A stretch of 63,986 nucleotides of DNA, filler included, from Porpidia crustulata (taxonomy: Eukaryota): assembly GCA_964255105.1 (NCBI GenBank). It is 4 parts of 4 records of this genome, joined end to end, with 100 filler letters (N's around TTAATTAATTAA, not from the genome) between each part and the next. Parts side by side here need not be neighbours in the genome. Positions count along the whole stretch, not along the records: positions 1 to 16,689 come from CAXUWE010000247.1; positions 16,790 to 33,477 come from CAXUWE010000248.1; 2 more parts are not named here. One strand, 5' to 3'. A program made the translations under genes and the position numbers. The stretch's first letter is position 1; every line of letters starts with the position of its first letter. Shown one piece after another: positions 10,871 through 22,968 of the stretch. Below the pieces are notes generated by a model. It was given only the letters and a program-made list of their open reading frames with translations. It did not search any database and was not told the origin of the DNA.

Positions 10871-12740
10871 TTCGAAATAAATCGCCCTCGCCGCTACGAC
10901 ATAGGGTAATGAATGCAACAATAGATTCTCACTTCATGATAAAGACAGATCTGACTACCGGATCGACGGCTACCAGGTCTAGAAGCGCAAACACATGCGA
11001 AAAGCCGCCGAACATACTGTAATGTACTGGATGCCTTGTAGGTACCCACACACGTTCTAGAGCACCTAACAGGCGACGTTACGATAATTATTGGTGGTCC
11101 ACGTCGACGCCGGAGATATCTAACCCTCGGAGTAGACAGATTCTTTTTTCGGGATTCGGTGATGGCATTGCCCAATTCTCAGGCCTCCGAGAAGATCCAA
11201 TAAGACTCGCCGATCTCGAAGTTCTGCGCTTAGAAATTGTACGTGTTTACAATAATATATTTACTTTTGACAAAGCAATTTACTGTGAAAGTCCGAATAT
11301 ATTCAATAAATCATCTCCATTGGCTTTGAACCTTTGCATATGATTTTACGATGGATGACTCTGAAACATTAGAAAGATCTCCTAGTGTTGATACCTAAAG
11401 TGTAACGGTTGAGAAACACATGAACAATCAATCGCTAATATGGAGAAACACCAAGAGAGATGAGACCGCAACCCCGGATATATTTAAAATCAAAAACGAG
11501 TCAACGAAAGACCGGTATGAACGAGTAAAAAATCAATATTCTAGCGGGATTGATACCTCAGAGCTTATCAAAAATCGCGATTTGCCTTTGTTTCAAGAGG
11601 GACTTAATTAACGAGAACCGAATGTTGGCGCACTCGAATTTCCCCTCCCACACATTGTATTCTCTTCTACCGCTGATTGCAGAGCATTCTTACGTTCGTC
11701 TTGACTATTCCAAGCTCTCTGGAGATGAACATGAATACCTGTATACCCAGACCTCGTTCGAAATTACCGTCTAGTAACCTCCGGTGCGTTACACGTATGT
11801 GGGATAAATTGAGATTTGCATAGATTCGACGTTCAAGAGTTGCGAGTATCACGATATCAGTTCATAGGAGGCGCCAGAAATCGTTGCATCATTGAAGTGA
11901 GACACCCCTCTTATTTAATCCATCTTTCAGACCGTCCGTATTGAAAATGTTCTTATGAATTTCGTTCGTTCTAACCACTACTGATTTACCGTCTCTTTCC
12001 TTGCTGCTACCTATAGGACCTCGATTTTTGATGAACAGATCTCAGATATGTAATTAGCTCAGCGTGTCCTACGATCGCGAAGAAATCAAAATATGTTTTT
12101 GTGCCTAGTACCGTGAGACGATCAACACATCCAGAGAAGCAAAGAGTAAGTTTGGATAGCTGCGATAATGTCTGCGCCGTTATGTGACAATCTTTCGCCT
12201 ACTAAGACGATATAGTCGCCAGCTGGGCTAATCGATCATCATCTTGGTTCAACACTGGTAGTAGCGAAGTCGGAAGTATTGACATTTGTTAACAGATAAT
12301 CCACCACTAGGAGCCAAGACGACGCTGAATATGATGTGGAATTGGTCGGTTCTGCGCCAATAGACCCTATTTTGCTGGTTTCCATCAGTTCTGTCAGATC
12401 TTCCCTTTTTAAAGATCCTCTTTCACTCTCGTATTGTATGGATAACTTCGTCTTCAATCATACCTTCAATCTTATACGACGGAACCCTAGCCGTCATGAT
12501 CAAAACCTTTCTACAATTACTGTTCCGTGGATATTTCTCTTTGCGGTAAGGAAGTCTAGAGATCAAAGAAAATGTTGCCATACTTCTCAACCCTCGCCGG
12601 CCACCTCATGGTTCAAACTACACCCTCCTGTAATCTATGTCATGGAATGCTGGGCCTCTTATTGCCACAGTTAGGAGATACGGAACCGATCTGCTCCTGG
12701 GCGCGAAGTCTCTTTCCTTTGACACCTGATACACTATCTA

Positions 12741-12840
12741 CCCAGCAACGAGCCAGACCCGGCAACGAGCCACGACACCTAAGGTTAGGGTTGGAATGGG
12801 ACCGTCGCCCTAACCCTAGGCGTAGTGGCTTGTTGGTGGG
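12741..12840. mobile_element. Putative 100-bp MITE or internally deleted Tc1/mariner(pogo)-like element
   Basis: TA on both sides (12739-40, 12841-42). Termini CCCAGCAACGAGCCA and TGGCTTGTTGGTGGG are inverted repeats (13/15). A 34-bp inverted arm pair 12757-12790/12808-12841 matches 28/34. A 17-bp direct repeat lies in the left end. Confidence 0.45.
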
Positions 12841-13174
12841 TAAGGTAAATAGAAGTACGCTAATCGGACGACGATGAAAAGAGACAAGGCGAAAGTTGAA
12901 CCACCCATTCCCAACAAAAACTCTCTTAATTTTGAAGAAATGAATCTGATACATCATCCCTTCTTAATCGACGCTTCGGATCCAAGTAACTTGACTGTTT
13001 TTACTGTTAGACCGAGGGGACTGTCACTGACAACACTACGATTAGTATCCGTCGCTAATGCTGGCGATGGTATAAGTCCGCATCACGCTATGAGCGCGTC
13101 TCCGCACTATCGAAAGTGTTATTGGCGGTCGCATATCCACCTTATCACACCTCTAACGATACTTCCTTCTGTAT

Positions 13175-16163
13175 GTGTCCTATTCTAACGTATTCGATAA
13201 CTGTGCAGTCATGGCGGACCAGCGAGAACCTGTAAATATGGTAGACGGGCTGAGTGAAAAATCGATTGTAGAAGAAGCAAAAGCACAAACCAGCATTGCG
13301 TCTCCAAATAACACACATTTGAAGGAAGAAACTCCTCAGATAGGAAGCTCTCATTCAGATCATCATGAGATTATTCATAGTCTTGCGGTTTCGACCGACC
13401 CGGAAACCCCCAGCCCAGCTCCAAAAACTTCTACCATAGAGTCTACCGAGAGTGGAATTCCCTTCGAGACCGCCGGGATCGATACAATTCCTGCAGTCGA
13501 CGCAGGCAATGCGATCCTAAAGCAAGATTCCTCGAGTGATACCTTCATGCATTCCCAAGATGAAGTGACTTCGACTCACTCGCCCGTGCCAATCCACGTG
13601 GATTCGCCGCCTCCGATGGTAGACGAGCCTACCACGGAGATCGATAAGCCTGAAAGAAGTGCTCCCGTCATCGACCGTGACCTACCATCTAGTCAATCCG
13701 AACCATCGACGCAACTTCCTCCGGGAGAACTATCACAATCGCATCAGAAAATGGAAAGCCAGCAGCCAATTCCAGCTTCCCTCCCTCATGATGACATCTC
13801 GTTGCTTCATGATTCTATTCCAGTACATCATCCACCCTCGGCGTCAGTTACGCCATCTGGATCTGTAGAGGAACCAAAGGAGACAGAAACCACAGTACGT
13901 GTAGAAGATAGTACCGCACACGCCAACGATATGACTCTATCTCCTCACGGGTCCTCCAAGGTGCCAATGGAAGGTGACGTTTTAATGGCGGAGTCAGAAG
14001 CAATCGTAAAAGCACTACCAAAGACCGAGGAATCTGTTGCCAGAGATCCCGCTTCTGCAATCGTAGCAACCAACCAAGCAGCTTCAGAGCTTGACCATGT
14101 TATGGAGCAATACGGCCATGAAACCGCAGTACCTGTAGAAGATGGTATCCCACACGCAAACGACATGACTCCATCTCCTCACAGATCCTCTAAGGTGCCA
14201 ATGGAAGGTGACGTTTCAATGGCGGAGTCAGAAGCAATAGTAGAAGTTCTACCAAAGACCGAGGAATCCGTTGCCAGAGATCCCGCTTCTGCAATCGCAG
14301 CAATTAGCCAAGCCGCTTCAGAGCNNNNNNNNNNNNNNNNNNNNNNNNNNNNNNNNNNNNNNNNNNNNNNNNNNNNNNNNNNNNNNNNNNNNNNNNNNNN
14401 NNNNNNNNNNNNNNNNNNNNNNNNGTTGCCAGAGATCCCGCTTCTGCAATCGCAGCAATTAGCCAAGCCGCTTCAGAGCTTGACCATGTTATGGACCAAC
14501 ACGGCCATGATGCAAATCATACCTCTGCGAGCTCTCCAGCCAACGTATCATCTGGGACAACATACGGAGTCAATGACATGACACAGAAAACTGACGAGGT
14601 CGTTGCACATCCTGATATCGCATCGAAAGCCCATGATACAACGGATCACCAGGACAAGGCGATCCCCCGATCAACTGATGACTTACCTCCTACCGGTCAT
14701 CCATCGTCGGTAGTTGAACCTCTTCTGACGTCTGACACACCTCAGGCTCCCCAGGAACCATTAGAAGCAAATCAAGGAATGGCAACTCAAAGTGGATCCT
14801 CGACAGAAGATACCGCAATGGACGATGGCAGTTCGGCCTCAACGATCCATGCGTATTTAGGAGAGCATGCACCTTCATTGGGAACGGGGTCAGTCAACGG
14901 TGATAGCATCATGGATGATGGAGATTCGGCGCTTGGTGACGAAGTAGAATCGTATGTGTAATTGTAGGCTTCGTTGCAGATCTCAGCTGAAGAGGAGATC
15001 AACAGGATAACGGAGAGCCTAAGCGCCTCAATGCTTGAATATCGCTATGAGAATGGACGGAGGTACCATGCCTTTGAGGATGGAAGTAAGTCTTGGGATG
15101 ACCAATTTGACAATGTGTACGTGCTAATACTTTCTAGAGTACCATCTACCCAACGATGAAGTAAGTCTTGTTTTGTCCTGGCTTTTGATGTTCAAGCTTG
15201 GTCACTGATATCTATGTAGAAAGAAGCCGATCGACTAGGTACTGCCTTTCCACAATCTTTTTTTTTTTAGTCGTCTAATAAATACCTAGATTTCCAACAT
15301 CACATTTGGCTCCTGACCCTTAACGGCGAGCTCCACCGTGCACCTATATCGTCCACCATCGAGTCTGTTCTAGATGTTGGCACCGGTACAGGCATCTGGG
15401 CTATCGACTTTGCCAACGCCTTTCCCAACGCTCGGGTCATTGGCACTGATCTCTCCCCCATCCAGCCATCGTGGGTACCACCCAACCTCAGCTTCATGGT
15501 CGATGATGCCGAGGCATTTCACGACTGGGAATTCTCGCAAAAGTTTGACTTTATCCATTCGCGGCTAGTCATTCTTTCGATGCGCGATTGGCCAAGGTAT
15601 TTCCGGCGATGCTACAACAACCTCAAACCCGGAGGCTGGCTTGAACTGCAGGAAGTGCAATTTCCTTTTCAATACGAAGACGGTTTTCCACCCGACGACT
15701 CGCCCCTGGTCAGGTGGTCCGGCTACATCCTGGAGGCGACATCTCGAGTCGGTGTCGACACCCAGGCCGCGGACAAATTCGTCGACATGCTGCAGACCGA
15801 AGGCTTCACCAACATCAAGCAAGAAAAACTGCGCTGGCCCATCGGAGCGTGGTCGAAAGACGCGAAGGAAAAGGAAATCGGCAAGTGGATGGTGTACAAT
15901 GCCCTTGAGGGGGTCGAATCAGCAGGCATGGCCTTGTTCTCGAGGGTATTTGGCTGGTCCAAGGATGAGATTGAGGTGTTTCTGGCGAGCGTACGGAAGG
16001 ATATCCGGAATAAGGAGACGCATTATTATTCTCCCATGTGAGTTTCTCATTTCTGCTTCTTACAGTACAAAAGAGGTCCCCGGATTGCAGGATACTAACA
16101 CAGGTTATTGGCAGAACGGTCACGTGTGGCCAGAAACCGTGGGACGTCCAGGATTATGAATGA
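13175..16163 (+). CDS. LaeA-like SAM-dependent methyltransferase (Methyltransf_23) with long acidic repetitive N-terminus
   Basis: Spliced motifs: YRYENGRRYHAF, YHLPNDE, E.DRLD.QHH, VLDVGTGTGIWAIDFA, GTDLSPIQPSWVPPNLSFMVDDAE, FDFIHSR, LKPGGWLELQE, and last exon TVTCGQKPWDVQDYE*. The N-terminal exon crosses the 100-N gap. Start may be 13175 or 13211. Confidence 0.85.
13901..14510 (+). repeat. Coding tandem repeat, 234-bp (78-aa) unit, at least 2 copies
   Basis: Units start GTAGAAGAT at 13901 and 14135 and encode VED..HANDMT.SPH.SSKVPMEGDV.MAESEAIV..LPKTEESVARDPASAI. An N-gap interrupts the array. Confidence 0.9.
14325..14424. other. Scaffold gap (100 N) with duplicated flanks
   Basis: 14270-14324 and 14425-14479 are the same 55 nt. 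Confidence 0.95.
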
Positions 16164-16689
16164 TGTAGTCTGCTTAGATACAACGATCACGAAGGGAGCT
16201 TTTTGCAAATTTTCTATTTCACGTTTCCAACTGCACATATTTTATGCTTTCATGACAATTACTTCCAAGCTTGGAATAAGAAATTGCTCCAATTCATCAC
16301 ATATGATAACATATAGAATAAATGCCATAAACTCACCCAACCGCGATTGAATTATCCCCAATCACATTGCAGTGAACCAATCGCAAAGTCAAAGAAACGA
16401 ACGACCCAACCCCTCCGCAAAATAAACCGAAGAACGAAACATCGCAAAGAACCGCAGGCATCAATCAATCTCAACGAGACTCTATAATCTAACGAGTACC
16501 TGGAGTCATACCATGATGCAAATAACTGTTGAAATTTGCAGGAATCCCTTACTCGTACAAGAGATGGAATTTCTCAAGTCACAGCACCAGAACTCTTGAA
16601 CCCCACCTCCCAAACCTAACCAATATCTCATCTGCCCGATCTCCTCCACGTGAGATCCTCTACCATACCCTTCATCCTCTATCATCCCC

Positions 16690-16789
16690 NNNNNNNNNNN
16701 NNNNNNNNNNNNNNNNNNNNNNNNNNNNNNNNNTTAATTAATTAANNNNNNNNNNNNNNNNNNNNNNNNNNNNNNNNNNNNNNNNNNNN
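16690..16789. other. Artificial contig-joining spacer
   Basis: N44-TTAATTAATTAA-N44, which puts stops in all six frames. Confidence 0.97.
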
Positions 16790-17841
16790 GTTGGGTTGGG
16801 AGAAGGGTTTTGGGGGGGAGCGGTGGTGTGTGTGGCCGGCTAGTTTATGTCCTTTGAGGGGCTTTCCTTGGGGGATATGGTTGTTGCCTGGGTGAGTGGC
16901 TTTTGGGTGGGTCTTCGGCTTAGAAGGGTTCGTAGTTTGAGGCAACCGACGTGCTTACCCCCTGGCTTCCCTCCCGCGTGGTTCTTGCGGGTTCAAACAT
17001 TTTCTCTCTTTTCGCCGTATCTGGCACCATTCTCTATTCTTCAGCTCCTCACACCCAGGATCAAAAGGTTGAGTTTGTTTGCGTGGAAGACAAGCTGCCA
17101 GTCGTTCTCTCTCGATCAAGCGTCGTAGGGAATTTTGAGCTCGTGGTTGGGTTGTGCTTTGCTGGTATTGAGGATCAGGTGGGAATGGGATAGGGGTTGG
17201 TACTCACCCCGTCCTGAGGCTCATGGGTTCCATTAATTCAGGCGAAAGAGAACACAGCCGCTCTGAAGTCAACCCTGAATACTCATCACTTATTCAAATC
17301 AGTCAGATCCTGATTTTGCTAGTAGTCCATGGATTCGCTGGGCCGTGGTAGTAGGGAAGGGGTGATGGTTGAGGGTACCTGGAACGCAAGGCGGTATTGG
17401 GTATACGGGTAGAATCTGTGTTCGGTTCCCGAAAAGGCTAAATCATACAACCTGATGAGATCACTCTTATCAGCATTTAATCCTTTTCACCGGGTGACTT
17501 TTGGCGTGGTATGCTGGTGGGTCCAACGCTATAAATCGATCAGATCAGATTTGTACTTTATAGGCTGTAGCGCAACCGGAACCGACGAGTCGAGGCGAGT
17601 GGAAAGAGCCTCGATTACGCAGGAACTCGTGGACTAGAAAGGTTTATATTTGGAGATTGTAAGCGCCTGTAACGATTGAGGTGCTTGCCCTTCTGTATGC
17701 CATGCTATGTAAAAACTCTAATGCATCATTTCGGGAGACAAGGGCGTGCAATTCGTATCGGTCAGTCAAGACATCTAGAAATGACAAGCATTATCCGCGC
17801 TATGCACAACTTATTTTTAACCCAATTGACATCATCTACAG

Positions 17842-19701
17842 CTAATCCTTCACCTCGTCAGCGGTTGGCAAGTCGATAGCTCGGTAGAGCAGGATCAGCG
17901 CGGAATGACTTTCACCTACACAATGGTCAGATCCTGGCAAAAGAAGCGCAATGGTTATGAAGGACTCACCACCCCCGGAGAGCGTCTCTATCCTATCCGC
18001 TTCTACCTCACTGACCTTGTCATCGTTGAACCACCACCACTTACCATCTTCCTCCTTTCTCTTCCCTGTCGTTGGATCCATTTGCCCCTGCTTCTTGACA
18101 TAACTCGTGTAATGACCACTATCCGCGCTCGCCCCCTGATGGGTCACAATTCCCCTCAGCTCATAGAGTCCGGACGTGTTAGCGCCTTCGTCTTTGGCTA
18201 AGTCGGGGTGGATGAGTGCAAAAAGTTCCTTCTTGGCTGCGTGTAGAGAAGCCGCACGTTCGGCATCGTGCTCGGCGTCAGTCTTGTAGACAACATCTTC
18301 CATTTCTGTGTCTCCATCCTTTGTCTGCTTGGATTCCTTGGCTTTGGTCGCTGCCTTCTCGTCGGCCAATTTCTTTTCTTCGGCTGGGCCCTTGGACTTG
18401 GCATCTGCTGCACGATCCTCTTGTTGTTTGTGCGCCAGCTTCTGCCTCTTTCTTGCGCGCCCAACGTCCTCTTCTTCTTTCCGAACTTCTCTTACTTTAT
18501 TTCGTACAGGGACAAGCTGCTCCCTAAGCTTTTCGGTGCAGAATTCGACGACATCAAGCTCGGGAGGGAAACTGACTTTACGCATAATCTTCGCTTTCTT
18601 CTGAGCTTCGCGCTTCCAAAAAAAGCGGACGAAGTGTACAGTCAAGTATTTCGGTAGCCGAGCAATGCGAGATTTTTTGGTGTAAATGGTATCACGATCA
18701 AGGGTTGGAGAGCGCTTTTCGATTTTCTCTTCTAAGCCAGCGAGTATGCCGTCACTGAGATGGTTAATATCTTTGTTGATGTGGCAATCTAGTTTGAGGA
18801 AGACGTCCTCGCTATGGATAGGCTCTTCCCCTAATTCTTTCGCGGCGGGCTCGTCACACTCAAGGGTAGAGTCAAAGCGGCCGGCAAGATATTTGTCGAT
18901 AAATGATATATTTGCAGGTACATCTGCTGAGCCCTCGGAATCATTGGAAATATCATCTTTTATCTTCAGCCTCTGTCGTAATTGTGAAACAATCTGTGAC
19001 CATGCCTCCTCCGCGTCCTGCTGGGCGTAGCCCTGTCCATTCTTGGCTTTCTGTGCAAACTGGGGAAACGAATTTCGCAAGGCATTCAGAAATATGAGCG
19101 GTGGAAAGCCTTCCTGGGTCTCTGACATCTGCTTATATAGATCTCGCAAAGATGCTATAAGGTCGAGCGACCCCTGAAGGCCAAATTGGCTCAGATCCAT
19201 TCCCGAAGATCCCTGCCCAGATCCTACAGCAGAAGCAGAATATTTCTGAAGCTCTTTCTGCAGTTCTGGCACAGATCGTAATGTCTGTAAGGTAGAATTC
19301 AGATAACAAGTATTCCCGAGGTTCTGTAGTCCCGCCGGCGTTGCCCCTTCAGCCCTCGCGGCTTCTGCCTCGGTCATATCCTCTACGAACCTCATCTTCT
19401 CTTTTGGACGTACGACATCTGCACCAGAAGCTGTGCCCATCATCATAAAGGTTTGCCCCGGCTTTGCGCCGAGGTTGGACATCTCCGTATCATCTTTGAG
19501 TTGCCCACCCTTGACAAGAATCTTTTGCCGATCTGGCTCAACACCTGTGAGAGAATACAGCTGGTATTTGAAGGTCTCGCCGGTAGACGTTGGATCTAGC
19601 TCAACTTCGTGCTTTTTGCCTTGATGTTTCACATATACTTTTGCACAAGTCAGCATCCTGAGTCTAGTGTTGGGACGATTGTCACCTTGTATAGCAGCCA
19701 T
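17842..19701 (-). CDS. UBP6: Ubiquitin carboxyl-terminal hydrolase 6 (USP14 ortholog)
   Basis: N-terminal UBL (VKHQGKK..LYSLTGVEPDRQKILVKGGQLKDD), Cys box GLQNLGNTCYLNS, QQDAEE, His box HQGASADSGHY and WWWFNDDKVS. Introns 19638-19685 and 17916-17969. Confidence 0.96.
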   Translation of the reverse strand: MAAIQGDNRPNTRLRMLTCAKVYVKHQGKKHEVELDPTSTGETFKYQLYSLTGVEPDRQKILVKGGQLKDDTEMSNLGAKPGQTFMMMGTASGADVVRPKEKMRFVEDMTEAEAARAEGATPAGLQNLGNTCYLNSTLQTLRSVPELQKELQKYSASAVGSGQGSSGMDLSQFGLQGSLDLIASLRDLYKQMSETQEGFPPLIFLNALRNSFPQFAQKAKNGQGYAQQDAEEAWSQIVSQLRQRLKIKDDISNDSEGSADVPANISFIDKYLAGRFDSTLECDEPAAKELGEEPIHSEDVFLKLDCHINKDINHLSDGILAGLEEKIEKRSPTLDRDTIYTKKSRIARLPKYLTVHFVRFFWKREAQKKAKIMRKVSFPPELDVVEFCTEKLREQLVPVRNKVREVRKEEEDVGRARKRQKLAHKQQEDRAADAKSKGPAEEKKLADEKAATKAKESKQTKDGDTEMEDVVYKTDAEHDAERAASLHAAKKELFALIHPDLAKDEGANTSGLYELRGIVTHQGASADSGHYTSYVKKQGQMDPTTGKRKEEDGKWWWFNDDKVSEVEADRIETLSGGGESFITIALLLPGSDHCVGESHSALILLYRAIDLPTADEVKD

Positions 19702-20039
19702 AATTTGAATACAATAAGAAAAGGTAGAGTGATTCCTTAGCAATCAAAATATATTGGTTGCGACGTGAAAGAATATCGAAGTCGCGTAATTGCCGCCTCC
19801 AGTACAGTACAAGCCTAGCTTCCGACCGCAACCGCAGCCGAGTAGCCAGTCCGCGACCTCAAGAGTAATAATTGATGAGAAAGCCAGATTATTGGCCTTA
19901 CTTACCGTGGATCTATAATCAAGCTTGCCCTCTCAGCGGTGGACTGAAATGATTGACAAAGTGTCCGCCGTCGTTGCAAGCACTCCTTGACTCCATATTC
20001 CACGACGAGTGACCATATCTTCGTTCAAAGGCAGTCGCA
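19702..20039. promoter_or_regulatory. Short divergent (probably bidirectional) promoter between UBP6 and ARC19
   Basis: 338 bp between head-to-head start codons. Confidence 0.55.
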
Positions 20040-20782
20040 ATGGTGAGTGAAAAACCCCCCAAACTTCAGTCTAGATCTGACGGATTGTCGAGTCCCAATC
20101 TCTGCGCCCATATCTACAATGCGTACGCTCAACCCTCACCGCTGCGCTTGCCCTCTCGAATTTTGCTTCCCAAACCTCTGAACGGCATAACGTGCCCGAA
20201 ATCGAAGCTGCGAGCTCCCCCGAAGTCTTACTCAATCCTTTGACTGTCTCTCGGAACGAGAATGAAAGAGTACTTGTTGAACCTAGTGTGAACAGCATTC
20301 GCGTCAGTATCAAGATCAAGCAGGCGGATGAGATTGAGAACATACTAGTCCACAAATTCACGAGGTTTTTAACACAGAGGGCGGAGGCTTTCTTCATATT
20401 AAGGAGAAAGGCTATAAAGGTACAATTTCGTACCGTTGACTATCCAAGATGTTCTGATATAGGAGAATAGGGTTATGATATCTCGTTCTTAATCACGAAT
20501 TTCCATACGGAGGAAATGTTGAAGCATAAATTGGTGGATTTTATCATACAATTCATGGAGGAGGTCGACAAGGAGATATCAGAGATGAAACTTTTCGTCA
20601 GTACCTCCAGATTGCCTAATTCTGCTTCTCCTGAGCTTCTGACTTAGAAAAATATCATGCTGACGGCGAGTGAAGCTTAACGCAAGAGCACGGTTTGTGG
20701 CCGAATCGTTCCTGACACCGGTATGCTTTACATTTGTAACAGTCACTAAGGCCACACTAATACGTCAATGTAGTTCGATTAA
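20040..20782 (+). CDS. ARC19: Arp2/3 complex 20 kDa subunit (ARPC4)
   Basis: Five exons splice to [39 protein letters not shown]...[90 protein letters not shown]. Confidence 0.97.
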
Positions 20783-22968
20783 GTGGCCTGCATGTATGAA
20801 ATTGAGTTTTTCTAAAAGCAAATCGAAGCTCTGAAAGCAATCAGTAATTTGAAAGATTGTTCACGTTACCATCACTCTGTGACGGTCCAAAAATACAACC
20901 AGAGACATGATGCATTATGAATGCTTATTGGTACTCACAAGCTACTAGGTTATGACTTGATGTAATGAAGCTACTGTAAGTGCACTCTGGTACTCAATAT
21001 CGATCAAACGTCACGTGAAGTGGGCTCTTCTTCCTCTTCACCTTTTGAGTCTCGCTCATTTCATCTTTGACCTCCTATTCTAGCCACTAGGTTTGTATCC
21101 CATTGTCCTATTATCGCATAGTGTAGTCTTTAGGCCACACCTTTATCTTCAAATGCACTGCCCCTCTGCCTTGATTTTGCACTTCCCCTTAACCCGCTCT
21201 TGTTGGTGTTGAGGTACCGATGAACATTGTGTGGTTGTGATGATATTGCAGCCCGCCCTCTTTCGAGTGATAGTGCTGAACGGTTGAAGCAGTTGGCTTG
21301 TTGCTGCCGTCGCTCGGGTTCAGAGCCGCAGTCCTAGTTCTCAAAGGAGACTTTGGCTGTAGGTCCATAAACTGCCCAATCACATCTGTTCAGTGTAGTC
21401 TTGGCTCACCGAATGCAGAACGTGGTAGAGAGTTGTTATTGGAGAGTAACCCTAGACTCTTTGGCTGACTCAAATACTTATCAGATACTCCTCATACCTG
21501 AAAATAATTAATTTAGCTGTTTCAATGCTGATGAATGGCTTTCTGGGTCGCTGGCCGCGGTGGCCAATGAGGACCTTCCAGGACTTTAATGTGGGTTTCC
21601 AATATCGAACAACATATAATCAGTGTTGACTGCAGGCAGCTGTGGCCTTGGTTTTCTGTATTATGCGTCATGATGCCATGCCTTATATTGAGTCATCGTT
21701 ATATCTCTGATCCCCAGCTTTCGTCTCATTTGGTGCTCTTTTTCTTGGATTGCGTACTCAGAAGCCAACGCGGGCGTTGTGCATTACCTGCTCACCTCAG
21801 ATCCTCCTTACACCATCTCCATACGCATTTTGGACGTTACTTACGATTCACAATGGGGATGCGACACCTTAAGAGCGTTTTTGGGCGTGGTGTAAACCAG
21901 TTTGTAGGTTATCACATCTCCTATATCGTTTGCTGGGCCTTTGAAGTCCCTAGACCACGTGCGAAACCAGACCAGAAAGGGACCGACTCCCCCCTTCTGG
22001 CGCCAGGTTTGATAAGGGATCAGCCGATCCTATAGACCGGAAATGAGTGTTTGTCAAAGGAGCGTCGACCAACATTCACAATGGTCGATAGGGTTTCAGG
22101 GCCTTTACCAGGCTATTTGGCGTAAATTTTTCCCAACAGTAGCTGCGAGCTTGACATAACATCCATCGTCGTGCAGTCCTCTGGCTTTCCTTCACATTCC
22201 ACTCCATACCTTGGTTGGAACTCTTAAGTATTCGAAAATCTTTGGTGAGTAGCTTCATGATCCAACAACTCATCTAACGTAGGCTCAGTCTTGTGTGAGT
22301 GGGTGATCGACTATCACGCCGACAGCAAGCCGTTGACGACAACGCTGGCTAATTGAGGCTTGTTGTGCCGTCATGTAAGTATTTTTTTCAAATTCCCCTT
22401 GACGCAAGATATCTCCTGCTAGTAAATCGGAGCATGCTGGACTGTCCTCGCTTCAGCGTGCACCTGTACCACCTACTCTTCTCTCATACTCTGTAGTGCT
22501 ATCATATGAGCATTAGTCCAGCTTGCGGCTAACTCACCTACCGATCCCTCGTATCTTGTTAAGCGGTCACGAATACTTCGTGGATACTAGTAGGGCTCGC
22601 AGCTGTCTCACACACATTTCTCTTGCACCTTGCTCTAATCTCACGAGTGAGGCTTCGCTCATAGTGTACACACACCATCTTGTGCATTGGCTGCTCATAT
22701 AGATGTGGCCTTTTACCGCTGCTGGGTCACTGTCCTTTCGGGATTCATGCTCCCAGACATGATGAGACTCTTTCGCAGTGTTGTCATTGAGACTTCAACA
22801 CAATATTTCAGCCCTTGTTGCTCTTCTTGCACACTCTTCCGAGAAGCCACAATTTCTCGTCATATGTAAAACTCACTGACATTATTGCCTTGATCTTTAC
22901 AAGATAGACTTCTAGCCAGAAGCCACTGTGAGTATTTTAATTCTGATACCATATCTTGGTATTCGAGA

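Noticed and set aside
11200..12500. AT-richer region with short ORFs, possible RIP-decayed element
   Set aside because: No transposase or RT motif and no terminal repeats identified by eye.
12781..12818. CCCTAACCCTA / AACCCTAACC as a telomerase RNA template or telomere
   Set aside because: Fewer than two hexamers, paired with each other in a stem; no pseudoknot or CR4/5 recognised. The MITE reading is simpler.
16734..16745. TTAATTAATTAA palindrome recurring about every 16.8 kb
   Set aside because: Synthetic six-frame-stop linker inside Ns; the spacing reflects size-sorted contigs.
16950..17235. Minus-strand splice-like signals (GTGAGT..CAG, GTAAGC) near the contig edge
   Set aside because: The nearby ATG reaches a stop after about 23 codons; no supportable gene model.
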